The notes under the pieces were generated by a model. It worked only from the letters and a program-made list of their open reading frames with translations. It searched no databases and had not been told where the DNA came from. Positions 38,001 to 51,120 of a stretch of DNA of 64,000 nucleotides are shown here, in pieces. The stretch spans positions 150,389,295 to 150,453,294 of the forward strand of contig NC_068983.1 in the NCBI RefSeq assembly GCF_001194135.2. The letters are read 5' to 3'. The stretch comes from Octopus bimaculoides (lineage: Eukaryota). The first letter of the stretch is position 1; every line of letters starts with the position of its first letter. The translations under genes and the position numbers were made by a program.

Positions 38001-38608
38001 TTTAATGTATATTCCTGTACACACTTCACATCTGCACCTATTTTCATTTTGTTCAAGTCACCAATAATGGTCATTTCACTGACAGGAAAGTCCTGTAGCA
38101 GTTCTAAAACACCTAGGAATTGAAACCAGATTGCTAAAGTTCAACAATCAGAATTTGTGTTAGAAATCAATGATGTGAGTGCATGATAAACCAATTAGGT
38201 CTCTGGCAGAATCCAATGTATGAACATGAATGCTATTCACTCAACTATTGATGACGATATTAAAAAACTGACCACTCAGACAATATGATAAACAGTATCT
38301 TATTAGAAAGTTGATTATTCTTCATGGACAAAAACAAACTGTAAACAGAATTCTTTTGCCACTGGAAAGTAGTGAGTTATGCACTAGTCATGCTGCCAGA
38401 CAGTCCACTCACACTCCTGTCTCATATTGACTATTTAACTGTGCACCTGGTGTCAATATTGTTTCTGTTCTTGGTAGTAATGACAAAATGCAGTTGTCAA
38501 ATGTAAAATTAAAAATATTTTCACTTTTAAAATCTCAATGGAATTTGTGTTCTTGGCCAAATCATTACACTGGTGACTACCAAAAATCAGAAATAATTTT
38601 ATCATTAC
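35045..38608. repeat. Two diverged direct copies (~35045-35385 and ~38245-38608) of an old unclassified repeat
   Basis: Shared blocks AGAATTCTTTTGC.ACT, CATGCTGC.AGACAGTCCACTCACACT and AAAATCAGAAAT.ATTTTATCATTACA. Confidence 0.7.
36306..37490 (+). mobile_element. Young 5'-truncated RTE LINE: open frame with PHD-like finger and RT C-terminus, N gap, 3'UTR, (GAT)n
   Basis: 36306-36677 is stop-free: CSVCRKGVGSNSIRCTRCKLWTHKRCSNIKGRLTSKLVFVCGRCSG...EVVDSFRYLGDQ...RIRIAWAKFRELLPLL...KGRLYDAC; gap 36678-37250; standard tail after the gap. Confidence 0.9.
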
Positions 38609-40539
38609 ATATGTAACATCACAATCAACTGGTGTTCTGTTTAAAAGTTAATCTTATTCTCAACATTCTAACATATTTCACAACCAAAACCTATCCTATC
38701 AATATATGATGTTTTTTGGGGTTGCAAGGGGTGACAGATTTGGTTGACAGGTGGATAAATTACTTTGAAGTACTTATGTATCCTAAGTTCCTTGTTTAAA
38801 TCTTGCTGATATCAAACTTCACCTTTCATCCTGGGGTAAAAAAAAAAAAAAAATAATGATTAACACTCAACTTCTCACTTTGCAAAATTTGTAGGCTTTG
38901 GTTAAATTTAGAATTCATTTCTTTTTTTTATAAATAAATATACCACTGTAATTTGTAAGAATTTTAGTTCATCTTATTTTTAAATTTATTTATCTTCTAC
39001 ATTTACAAAATGTTTCAACATGTTCAGTTTCCAGTTTATCAGATTATATAATTTATTACAGACAAGCTTTCTTCAAATCTTATATTGCTTTTAAGTTTTA
39101 CAAGAAATTGGGCAACGTTGCTGAGAGGTAAAGTAGGACATTTGAAAGATGATTTACGACATGAAATATGTTGTAGAAAATCTCACTGACACTGTCCACA
39201 GTCGGGATAGGATGTAAAAATAAAAATAAAAAAAAGGAAGGGGGCAGGATTTCGAGTTTTTTTTTTTTATGGAATGGGATTGTTCAATTCAGTAATTCAA
39301 TCCAATTCAATGGATTTACATAAAGCTTATTCACAATAAACACCAGCTGGACTTTTATAATATCATTATTTCCCTTGCTTTATAGCCACTGTCTAACAGC
39401 AGTCTTCTATAATAGCAATATCATGTTAATATATATACCCGTCATCAACACGTGTGTGTGTATGTGTGAGAGAGAGAAAGAAAGAGAGTGTATGTGTGTG
39501 AGCGCAGGCATGGCTGTGTAGTTTAAAAAGTTTACTTTGCAATCAATAATCAAGACATCTCAGAACGAATGCCACTGTGTGGTATCTTGGATAAATGTTG
39601 TTTATCACAGCTTTGAGTTGACCCAGGTCTTGTGAATAAAATTAGGTAAACAGAAACTGTGGAGTACATGTAGTTCAAAAGGCCAGCCTTCCAACCCTGC
39701 CACACACTGTGTCATGTTGATTCTGCCTGAGGATTACATTAATGGTACATGTGACTGTGAAATACTCAACCACTTACACTATAATTCAATGAATAGGCAG
39801 ATCAGTTGATCAAACAACTGGGGAACTCATTGTCGAAATAGACGGAGATTCATTTACTTTATGTATGTATAATACACACACATATATGCCTACATAAACA
39901 TATAGTAATCAAAAAGCAACCGTGTACTTAAGAATTATTTGTATATTAATAATATCAACTTTTAATTAAAATTTCTATTTTACCAATCATTTGCTTGAAC
40001 ACATTTCTTAATGTGTTGCTTTGCATTTGTAAAAAGTTAATTCAGTGTTTCTGGACAATAATTATTTCATAGTGCACAATTACTTTTGATCACTTATGTG
40101 TGTATGTAACTATGTACATTGGAGTGTATTGTGGTAAGGAAAAAAAAACCCCTTTTTACATAATAATAGTTAGACTGTTTGTCTGACCAATTCTGAATTT
40201 TTCCCTTTTTTAAAAATGTCTCAAACACATTTTTGTATTTTTATTTGCTCCTGAAAGCATAAAGACACAATAGTATATATATAAAAAAAAAACTGAGGGT
40301 TTAGAATATTGCAGCTTTATAACATAAGATTATTTTGTTTGAGACTTTTTGAAGATTCAGAAAATAAACTTGGTCAACAAAACAAACATATGTTTAACTA
40401 AAAATTAAACATAACATTATATATATATATATATATGAATGTATGTATAACTTTAAACAACTCCAGGAGTGAAGTAGAAATTTTTAAAGATTGCATGTGT
40501 ATTATATGTGTCTGTTTATCTGTCTGTGAGTGTATGTAT

Positions 40540-40591
<52 letters not shown>

Positions 40592-41229
40592 CTCACATAC
40601 ATATGCATGCACAAAGTGAAAAGTATGTAACTATACAGGCATTACAAGGAAAAAATAGTGGAAGAATCACATGGGAACTGAACCCAAGTGCACTAACTTT
40701 ATGCTACTGGGTAATGTTAATTGGCAACACGTGTAAGTTTATATGGTGAAGTATATAAAAAAAGGGCCTGGACATGTTTGAATGACTAGCAGCATAAAGT
40801 TAATACATTCTGGGTATTAAGTAAAGATCCTTCATAAATTTGTGTAATTTACTTAGGGTTATATATAGCTGGATTTAGCTGAACATCTCAAGAGAGAGAA
40901 AAGGATAAATTTTCATACTGCGGTTTCAAGTTGAAATGTCAGTTTTCATTTATTCACAATTTTGGCCACAAGTTACTTTCTTTTTTTTTTTTAATAAATT
41001 TTGTTTGTTAAATCTGAAATATCCAAACTGTAAAAACCAGTGTTAAAATCTGGATATTCCAACAGTCAAATTGTTTTTACTCGATGATCCAAATTTCTCA
41101 CAGATATCAATACATTTGCGTGTGAGTTTCTGTGTGCTATTTCGATGATTCAAGATCCCATCAAATGTATCTGGAGAAGGGATCAGGAATGATCTTTCCC
41201 CAAAACTAAAATGTTTTTTACTTCTCCAT

Positions 41230-41454
41230 TTCAGTTTGTTGTTTTAAATCTATATGCATGTCTGCACATGCAATATATGCACATAAGCACGAGTGCACAA
41301 ATGTAAATACAATGTGTATGTGTTATATATATACATATATATAAATATATATACACACACATATATATATACATATAATGTATATATATATATATAATGT
41401 ATATACATATACATTCACACACATATATACATATACACACACACACATATATAA

Positions 41455-41501
<47 letters not shown>

Positions 41502-41600
41502 CATATATATATATATATAATATATATATTATACATATATGTGTGTGTGAATATATATATATATAAACACCTACATACAGATATACATATATATTTTTCT
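41230..41600. repeat. Compound (TA)n/(CA)n microsatellite, probably within the MAP2K4 3'UTR
   Basis: Long TATA/CACA low-complexity run beginning ~180 nt after the MAP2K4 stop; it accounts for the YIYI ORFs. Confidence 0.85.
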
Positions 41601-41776
41601 CGTGTGAAATCAATTTCATTTATTTATTTATTTATTTATCCCCTTTTCTTCTTCATTCTTTGCATTGTTAACAGAATTTCCTTTGAAGTTCTAAGTCTGC
41701 TTTGGTTCCAAGAGGAAAAGAAAGTGGATAAAATAAATGCAAAAACCATGATTTTGTTTTAGCAATTGGCTGATTG

Positions 41777-41887
41777 TTAAGAGGTTGAAGACAGTCCCTG
41801 TGTTTCATAATATTGATCAATTACGTTGCATACATAGCCAGCTACATCCACTTCTTCCTCTTCATAACGACGGATAAAAGGATGATC
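41777..41887 (-). CDS. MAP2K4: MAP2K4 last coding exon
   Basis: CTTCAG|DHPFIRRYEEEEVDVAGYVCNVIDQYYETQGLSSTS*; matches the MKK4 C-terminal HPFI..YE...V.VA.YVC. Confidence 0.93.
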   Translation of the reverse strand, partial: DHPFIRRYEEEEVDVAGYVCNVIDQYYETQGLSSTS

Positions 41888-42870
41888 CTGAAGAGACAAA
41901 TAGGAAAAGAAAAAAATAATAATTTTTGACGTAGACACACAGTCACACATTTTGTAGGGAAGAAACAATCAATAAAAGTCGACCTCCATACTTGACTGGT
42001 CCTTTCTTTTATCAATCTCCAGAAGGATGAACAACAGAGCTGAACCTCAGCAGGATTAAGAAAGTGAAAAGATGTGATGAAATATAAAAAGCATTTTGTC
42101 CGATGCTGTGATACTTTACCAATCTCGCTAATCATGCCACATTAGCATAATAAACAAACAAAATAAGCAAAAAACAAAGTAGAAAATATGGACATAAAAA
42201 AACAAATCGGAAGATAGTTTTAATGAAGAGATTGCCAGTAGCCATGACATCGATGATTTCATCCTATGAATTAATGAGGCCATAAAGTACTGGTGATGGC
42301 TTGGATAATTGTAATTCTTTAATGAGAGCTACGGATGAATGAATCTGCTGGATGTCAGACAATCTGTAAAGAATCCAGAAGTTGGTGTCTAGTTAATGGT
42401 ATTGTGTAGTGTTCAGGGCCAACATAATTATCAGTCAAGTTCATCCATGTATGTAGGAGTCAAAGGTAGAAAGAGAGAATGCTGTAAGCTAGTAGATATG
42501 AGTTGAGCTGTTTCTGTTCATTACAGTCAAAAGAAGAGTTGCTACATTGGCTGTGGTTGCTGTTTAGGATCAAGTTATCTCTAACTGAGCTCATGTATAA
42601 CTGATTTTAAGACATTCCTCATGTGACCGTTTTTCAGAATCATTGCATCTAGGACATCATTACTCAGTGTGTCCTTTTATTTGGAGATAATAGGGTGTAA
42701 TTGAAGAAAGATTTGGTTGCTTTTTTCAGCAAATTAAGTGACTGCATAAAGTTGATTTCACTGGTTCACATTCCACTGTCTCATCCACATGTCAACAAAG
42801 CTGATCATCTATTGGTGAACAAACTCAGATTGCAAAAGTCAAGTAACTGACTCAGTTTGTGTACAGTATA

Positions 42871-43256
42871 CTCTTTTACTTGTTTCAGTCATTTGACTGC
42901 GGCCATGTTGGAGCACCGCCTTTAGTCGAGCAAATCAACCCCTGGACTTATTCTTTGTAAGCCCAGTACTTATTCTATCAGTCTCTTTTCGCTGAACCAC
43001 TAAGTGACGGGGACATAAACACACCAGCATCGGTTGTCAAGCGATGGTGGGAGGACAAACACAGACACACAAACACACACACATACATATATACAACAAG
43101 CTTCTTTCAGTTTCCGTCTACCAAATCCACTCACAAGGCTTTGGTTGGCCCGAGGCTATAGTAGAAGACACTTGCCCAAAGTGCCACGCAGTGGGACTGA
43201 ACCTGGAACCATGTGGTTGGTAAGCAAGCTACTTACCACACAGCCACTCCTGCACT
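42871..43256 (-). mobile_element. tRNA-derived SINE, family B
   Basis: Minus-strand head GCAGGAGTGGCTGTGTGGTAAGTAGCTTGCTTACCAACCACATGGTTCCAGGTTCAGTCCC, then a conserved central domain, a TG/TA microsatellite and a tail; copy at 53861-54207; older copies near 9.35, 25.3, 39.5, 44.1 and 63.25 kb. Confidence 0.9.
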
Positions 43257-43885
43257 TGACTATTTTTAGAAATAATACATTTCTAAACCTCTCAGAGAGA
43301 TTTATGCAGTAGTGATATGATGAAGTAGCTGTATGCTGTCAACTTAATGTGACAGTCCCCTGAACGGAATAATACTACTGTTGGTTAGACCTAGGAAGCT
43401 TCATTGTGCTGATATATATATATATATATACATATATATGAATTGAGAATAACAAGCTAATCAAAATGCTGGATGATTATTTATATTTTTAGCGCTTTCT
43501 TCCATTGTCGAATTTATCAAAAAAGTGGTTTACATTAAGTCTGCTTTGCCTTTTTATATAAAATTGAAACTGATGATGTTTTGGAAAGGGAGAGAGTGGT
43601 AGGGGGAGAGCAACCATCCCCCCTCTCTCTCTACCCCTTTCCAAAACATTGTCAGTGTTCGTTTGGCATAAACAAAATTGCAAATCTTTGTTATTGTATA
43701 TGTTATATTTTTGACATGAGCTGGATGCCCTTCTTATTACCATCTGTTTTACAGCATATATAAAAGGACACACACACACACACATTTACCTACTTGCAAA
43801 TACACACCCTTCTTCAATAAATGAGGGTATACAACAAACTTTAAATGGTTAAGATGAAATGAATATAAAGAAAAATGTTCCTTAC

Positions 43886-43931
43886 CAATAATTTTCCATA
43901 TTTTGGTCTTCTTTTCTCATCTTTTATCAAG
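43886..43931 (-). CDS. MAP2K4: MAP2K4 exon
   Basis: TTCCAG|(C)LIKDEKRRPKYGKLL|GTAAGG, 46 nt, phase 2 to 0. Confidence 0.93.
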
Positions 43932-44498
43932 CTGGAAAGGAAAGAAAAACAATACCAGTTAAAAATTTAGGGAGATGTCACATGGAGTCGTTATTTTGTT
44001 ATGGAAAGATTTCTCTTCATATTGTGGATAATCTTTTATCTTTTACTTGAGGCATTGAGGAATGTGGCCATGCTGGGGCACTACCCTAATGGGTTTAGTC
44101 AAACAAATTGACTGCAGTACTTATTTTTTAAGTCTGGTTGGTACTTATTATATCAGTTTCTTATGTTGAATTACTAAGATACAGGGAAGTGAACAAATCA
44201 ATACTGGTTATCAAGTGGTTGTAGTCCAGGGAACAAATATAAACACATGATGGGCTTCCACACAGTTTCTATTAACCAAGTCTGCTCACAAGGCATTGGT
44301 TAGCCTGGGACCACAGTAGAACACACTTGCCCAAGATGCCACAGTATGAGACTGAACCTCAAACCACGTGGTTGCAAACTGAGTTTCCTAACCACACAAT
44401 CAGATTAATCCAATCCATATTAGGATTGTGAAAATTATTTGAAAAAAAAAAAAAAGTAACAACAACAAAAAAGTTTATAAATGCAATATAATTCTTAC

Positions 44499-44644
44499 CA
44501 TGTATATAAGAAACTTTTGAACTCATCAGAAAATCTTGAATCATATGTTCGCAAACTGGGAGGAGGTCCTTGCACAACTTGGGTGAGCTGGTCAAAAACA
44601 CTGTCCCACTTGGGGTAAGGAAAACGACCGGTAGATAGTTCCAT
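44499..44644 (-). CDS. MAP2K4: MAP2K4 exon
   Basis: MELSTGRFPYPKWDSVFDQLTQVVQGPPPSLRTYDSRFSDEFKSFLYT(C), 146 nt. Confidence 0.95.
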
Positions 44645-45540
44645 CTGGGGTGTTTAAAAAATAAATTAAAAATTAAAAAATAAATAAAAGCAAATAAATT
44701 TCGAATTCAAGTAAATTCTTGCCTTTTGTCCAAATATTAAATCATTTTAGTTTCATTGTCTTTTTGAGATGACCGAGAAGATTTCGATATTGCTCACCCG
44801 CTCTATCAAACAGCTTGAATCTGCTTTCGCAGGGAGATTGCAAACAAATGATACCATTTGTATGAATGGTGAGGCACACACATGAAGGGGAATACAAACT
44901 CGGTCACGCAAAGTTTGATTTTCCCAGATGGGAAAAGTGCACAACTTCAAGAGAAGGAGGAGAATGGTTGCATGTTGGGACAATAGTCTATCTTTGTAAA
45001 ACACACAAGTCATGAAAATTATTGACAATAAGTTTTATAAAGACCATGTACACTATGAGATACATGAAAAATGGTAAGTTACAATGGTTTGTAGGTACAA
45101 ATAAGGCATTTCAAAATGAAAGGAGAATATTTTTTTATAGTTAAGCAAGAGTAAGAAAGGCAGCACCAACGACCTTTCTTTCAGCAGGGTTTCTGAGATA
45201 GATGGGGAGAAATGGAGGCAGAAACCACTACTCATGAGTTATCCTGGTCAAAATACTAGCAACAGACTCTGTTAAATATACTTGAGATCCAGGTGATGGT
45301 GTTAAATCAGGCAACAAATACAGTTCATCTGATGGGTTATACAATTTCTGTTAATATAGTTTAATCACAAAGCTGGGGGGGTCAATCAGGCATTTTTTCA
45401 AGGTGCTTTGTAGTGAGATTACATTTGAAATCCAGTGATTGACCATATGACTGTGCCTATGTGTCATATGCTGACTGAAATGTAATGTACAGATAAATTA
45501 TACAGTCCAAGGGCATAAGTATATAAATAAAAACTACGAC

Positions 45541-45937
45541 TGCCCCTGGACTGGCTCTTGTGCGGGTGGCACATAAGATGCACCATTTTGAGCGTGGCCG
45601 TTGCCAGTACCGCCTGACTGGCCTCCGTAGGATTTTCGAGCGAGATCGTTGCCAGTGCCCCTGGACTGGCTTGTGCGGGTGGCACATAAAAGACACCATT
45701 TCGAGCGTGGCTGTTGCCAGTATCGCCTGACTGGCCTTCGTGCAGGTGACACGTAAAAGCACCTACTACACTCTCTGAGTGGTTGGCGTTAGGAAGGGCA
45801 TCCAGCTGTAGAAACTCTGCCAAATTTAGATTGGAGCCTGGTGTTGCCATCCGGTTTCACCAGTCCTCAGTCAAGTCGTCCAACTCATGCTAGCATGGAA
45901 AGCGGACGTTAAACGATGATGATGATAATGATGATGA
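45541..45937 (+). mobile_element. RTE LINE 3'UTR copy (antisense to MAP2K4)
   Basis: Four hairpin modules (the first truncated), conserved core, (GAT)n tail. Confidence 0.92.
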
Positions 45938-46255
45938 CTGTCACTTGCAAGCAAGTAGATTCGGCAGCATACACCATACATTTGCTAGTTGTTTTAGGTG
46001 GGAGATGACATAGACATCACCTCTGCTGCAACAACCTTGACCCAGCAGTGAGGATATGATGGATGTAGGGAAAGTGGGCTGCACCAGCACTAAGCTGATA
46101 GGTAAATATTCTCTGGTTTCAGGAAAGGCAACCTGGCTGTAGAAAACTGTTTAACATACTCTCATCTAACCGATGCAAGCATGGAAAAGTAGATACTAAA
46201 GCAATGATAATGATGAAGATATAGAAATACATAAATAAAATAGATAAAAACTTAC

Positions 46256-46333
46256 AAGAGTTATTCCAAGACTCCAGACATCAGATCTTACATCATAACC
46301 TCGACTGGACGCTCGAGGGTCAATTCGTTCAGG
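46256..46333 (-). CDS. MAP2K4: MAP2K4 exon
   Basis: PERIDPRASSRGYDVRSDVWSLGITL|GTAAGT, 78 nt (kinase subdomains VIII-IX). Confidence 0.97.
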
Positions 46334-46949
46334 CTGGAAGAAATGAAATTATGCAATTCAATAAGTCATATTGAGGACTAAATAGAGGCTACAAAGTAAT
46401 AACTTGGTGGATATGAGATTGTAACAAAAATTCCTTGCTTAAAAAGCATATCTTTAAAAAGAGGATGTTTTAATTCTAAATCTGTAGAATACTATGGTAA
46501 GATTACTGATAGGGAATCAATAAAACCTGATCAAAACTCATGTCACCTCCACTTGCCAACCTATAGCGTAAAGACAATAAGCATTAAAAAGAACACAGGA
46601 AGTACAAGGTTTAACAAATATGATATTGTTTTAATGCTTCAGTGTAAAAAGAGGGTGTCTTAATGTTTCGGACATTAGTTCTTCATCAGAAAAGAGAAAG
46701 AGTAAGTGTTCAAAAAAAAGTTGGGGTAAGGGGAGAAAAAGACACAAGTGGGGCAGTGGTATGTGTGTGTTAGTGTGATGTATGTATGTGTATAAATTTG
46801 TGTAAGAGTGGTAGAATAGAGGTGTTGCTCTAAATAGATCTCTCATCATCATCATCATCGTTTAACGTCTGCCTTTCATGCTGGCATGGGTGGGTGGGTG
46901 GATATATATATATATATATACATACACACATATATACTTTTTTACATAT

Positions 46950-46993
<44 letters not shown>

Positions 46994-47352
46994 TCACAAA
47001 CACAGATGTACGTGTGTGTGTGTGTGTCCCCTGGGGGTAATATCAGCCAAATCTTATCACACCCTCCTATCTTAAAGAAATATACATTTGACAATATAGT
47101 GCCTGATATAGGGACATGATGGTCATGGTTGCAATGGCTTTGACCATATTTCTAAGGAGCAAAACAACATTTGCACATTTGAGTTGCTGGTATGTTTATT
47201 ACTCCTGAATATTTCGTCTCCTTTCATCATGCAGTATATCTGCTGATGCTGTGTTAGCTGACAAGAGATAGCCAACATCAAGAATAACCAAAGTGTAACA
47301 AAAGTAAATAAGAATCAAAATGTTCAGCGGAACAAAGAAATAGAATACTTAC

Positions 47353-47480
47353 TGCCATATAAGGCCGGCAGCCAGCATCACGACTTTTGGCAATAGAATC
47401 CACTAACTGACCACTAATTCCAAAATCACAGAGTTTGATGTTACCTTTTCTGTCCAGCAGAATATTTGAAGGTTTCACAT
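47353..47480 (-). CDS. MAP2K4: MAP2K4 exon (catalytic loop, DFG, activation loop)
   Basis: (D)[42 protein letters not shown]|GTAAGT, 128 nt. Confidence 0.98.
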
Positions 47481-47878
47481 CTGGAAAAGAGGTAAAATTT
47501 TTATGATTTCATGTAAAACATTACTTAAAAAAAGAAAAAAAGTTGATAAAAATATCAGGTTTGGGACTATGGTTGACTAATATATTTCATCAATGTCATT
47601 TTAATGTCCACTTTCCATGCTTGCATAGATATGGGATTTGTCAAGATAGATTTTCTATGGATGGATGTTCTTGTAAACCCTCACCTGTTTCCAAGCAAGG
47701 AAATATTTCCCTGGTCCCTTGAACAAAACACCTTAATAGCTAGATATGTTTACATGGAAGATTACAGACAAAAGACACTGTGTATAAACAGCAATTTTGG
47801 CTACAATCTGCACGCAAATATCAAGACCAGAAGACACAAATGCACAATAATAATAAATCTTCTATAGCCTCAACTCAC

Positions 47879-47930
47879 CTCTGTGGATAATCTTTAGCTT
47901 CTCTTTTAAATAATTCAATGCTTTAAGCGT
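47879..47930 (-). CDS. MAP2K4: MAP2K4 exon
   Basis: TLKALNYLKEKLKIIHR(D)|GTGAGT, 52 nt, phase 1. Confidence 0.96.
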
Positions 47931-48361
47931 CTGGAAATGAAATAACGTTAATTTGTTAGAAGCAAAAAAAATATAAACCATAATTACTTTCAATAGAGAA
48001 ATAATTTCTTAGCTTCTTCAGCAAGAAAATCATTTTCTCTTTTTTTATAACAAAGTAAATTTGAAAACAAATTTTGTTTTACTTATATTAAACAATTTTG
48101 TTGATTATGAGGTTAAGCTACAGCACTATTGCTTACATGGTTGTAAGTTGAAAACGTTTAATATCTATTATTGAGGTGTGCCCCAGAGCAAGGTGCATAA
48201 CTCTGGTTGAACCAGTTTGACTGTCTGACAAAAAATAGATTACATTTCTAATTGATTGTAGAAATTCTATTTTTTATTAAATAAAGTGAAATAAATCATT
48301 GTAATGGTAGAACTTGAAATAGATAAAGCTATAAATAATTGCATGTATAGTATTAAATAAG

Positions 48362-48550
48362 AAAACTCTCGGATAGAAAAAAGTAAAAGGCTGCACATGG
48401 GACTTGAACCCACTTCTTCAGATGTGCTACCATTCCAAAGCAGACAGGATAGTAATGTTGTGAATAAAAGATAATATTAAATTATTATCAATCAGAAGAT
48501 GTGGGTTTGAATTCTATGGGCATGAACCTTTTCCCTATCCAAATGGTTTT
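48362..48550. repeat. Diverged inverted repeat whose arms contain tRNA T-arm-like sequence
   Basis: Minus GAAGAAGTGGGTTCAAGTCCCATGTGCAGCC...CTATCCGAGAGTTTT vs plus GAAGATGTGGGTTTGAATTCTATGGGCA...CTATCCAAATGGTTTT. Confidence 0.55.
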
Positions 48551-49395
48551 TAAGCCAATATCCCGATTTACTTAGAGTTCCATTGCAAAAACAAAATAAT
48601 TTATGAATATTTTTTGTCATAGAAGTGGAAGGGTAGTACCCACAACTTTTTAGCAGAACATTCAAGTCTGTGAACAGGAAGGGAAGAAAGAAACCCCAAG
48701 CTCCTGAGTTGTAGCAGTAGAAAATAATGTATCAAGAGAGTGAATTATCCTCAGATCAGATCCAGTTGTAAAAATAATTGTTCTAACCTTACTGACTAAC
48801 AGTAGCCCCAGGACACAACATAATGATTGTAATAGTAATTATAATCTTATGCTTAGAGTGCCTCTCTATGCATAACCCTCTCCTCTGTTATCAAGGGTAA
48901 CCTCTCATTGATTCCGCTTTATCATTGGAACAGTGAAGCAGTTTTTTTCTATTTGCCACTGGATATACTTCCTTGAGGTGACGGAGGAAGGGGGGGATTC
49001 AGTAAACTGGTGTTTTTAAATCAAATCCTGTGATATTCATTCTGCCCAAGTTGCACAGACAATCCTTTGTCACTCTTGATGTTAGAAATGCAGTGAACCA
49101 GTGGATGGTGGCCCATTAGAAACTTATAACTAACAACACTATTATTTAAAAAAAAAAAAAAAGCTAGGATAAATAAATTTCCTTAGGGAAATGGATGGCT
49201 TTCTTATCCCTCTTTGATGAAGAAACTCTCTTGTTATTTCTTGAATGAAGGTCTCTCTAGTAATTTCTTTGACAAAGAGCCTTGCTTGAAATAATTCACA
49301 AAACGTCCCCTAACACAAGTAATGACATATATCAGGGTAAGAAAATAAAAACTAAAAATATAATCAAAAGAACATGTAAAAAGCATTGTACTTAC

Positions 49396-49515
49396 TGCTA
49401 CAGCAATTTTGCCTAATATTTCTTCAGGCATAGTACTTATCATAACTGAATATATGAATTTATAAAATTTATCTAAAGATATGTCCATTACTTCCATACA
49501 AATCCAGCAATCCCC
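49396..49515 (-). CDS. MAP2K4: MAP2K4 exon
   Basis: GDCWICMEVMDISLDKFYKFIYSVMISTMPEEILGKIAVA|GTAAGT, 120 nt. Confidence 0.97.
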
Positions 49516-50915
49516 CTGCAAAAAATGGTAAAATTTGAAAATAAAGCTTCCTTTTTTGACATAATCAAGATTTAAAAGAAATAATATCAGTATATTATAG
49601 ACAACTGTTATTTTTTCATCATTTCTTCCAATGCTGATATTGGTCACAATTTTTTTCCCAGTGCACTTCTCACCAAAGTGTATTCTATTCTAAAATGAAA
49701 AGAAATTAGATTTGTCACATTGATTCCTAAATTAGACAACACCACAACTTTACAACAGAAGATAATAAGATTGTGTAATATTCATAACTTACTCAAGAGC
49801 ATTAGTACTGTAAGTGAAATGGATTTGCTTAAACTTAACAAAAATAAAACTGGGTTGTAGACTCCACTCGGGAGATTATCTTTTAAGCTACAACAATTAC
49901 CATAATTGCAAATCAAATGATTGAAGAAAAAACCAAGTTAACCGTAGGAGGGTTTGCTTTTAAAATCTAGAAGGATAAAAAATGGTAGAAAACTCTTTGT
50001 TTACAACACTTGTATTGTTCAAAGAAGATTAATATATTTGTAATTGCAATTAATTCTAGAATATTACCAGTTTATATTTTATTAATCCTGGATACTGAAA
50101 GAGATGAAATTATATTTTGTAAACTATTTACTCAGGTACTCACCAAAGAGAAAAACAATGCAGGAGTGAAGCCCCAGGCTAAAGGGAAGTTAACAGATAT
50201 CATAGTTTGATGTTTTACAGTATTGTGCAATTAAATAGTTTCGTATGACAACAGAACAACAGTGTGATAGCAGATAATGTAGTTGAAAACTCCTATATGT
50301 GGTAACTAAACAAACATATAACTTACTAGAACAGCAAGGGTTAGGTTTAAAACTTTTACTATCAAATTTCTAATAATTATGTGTGTTTCAGTTAATTTTC
50401 AAAATAATTTAAGAATATAAAATCTTGAAACTGACAACTTTTATCAGACTGAAATCTCTCATGTTATATGTGTAATAACAAAATTTCAACTGACATTTAA
50501 AACAGGCAGCTTGGGAGCAAATGACTATCATAGAACTATAAGTTATCTTTAGAGAGGTTGTACTCAAAGGGTTAATGTGTTTAGATACCGCTAAACCCAA
50601 TAACCTAGGATAGCATTGAAAGACAGAAGTAAAACTGGGTTGCAAAACATGATCGATGAAAAGTTTGAATTGAACTGAATATAAACTACTGGCTTTGCAA
50701 TATTAAGTGTTAAGAAGTTACATGGTTTAAGTCCTAAATACTTAATAAGATAAAGTCTAATACAATGTTTAATGACTAAAAAGAAATAGTTTCATAGAAA
50801 CATTACAAGCAATGGTCATAATAATGAACTAGTGTAACACGTGGTTTGAAATAAATATAGGGAAACAGTTGAACTAACAGAAGGGGCTATTGTGAAGTTT
50901 GGGAACTCTTCTTAC

Positions 50916-51035
50916 CTCTTTAAAAAGAGCACCATAAAATTGGACAATATATGGACAATCGTTACTCCTCATCACAACATCTAGGTCCATCAAAAGTTGT
51001 TTTTGATCTTTCTCATCCACTGTTGATCTGATTCT
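50916..51035 (-). CDS. MAP2K4: MAP2K4 exon
   Basis: RIRSTVDEKDQKQLLMDLDVVMRSNDCPYIVQFYGALFKE|GTAAGA, 120 nt; diagnostic for MKK4. Confidence 0.98.
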
Positions 51036-51120
51036 CTGAAGTGAAAAAAGGAGAAGAGTAGAGGGGGAGAAATAATTAATAATTTCCTTACAAACAGAAT
51101 AAATTGTAATGAGTGAATGG

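Noticed and set aside
41975-42025. Minus-strand LIKERTSQVW segment resembling the real MAP2K4 exon LIKDEKRRPKY (possible duplicated exon)
   Set aside because: Only short AT-rich matches (TTGATAAAAGA, GACCA, TATGGA), weak acceptor, no good donor, and the kinase residues are not conserved.
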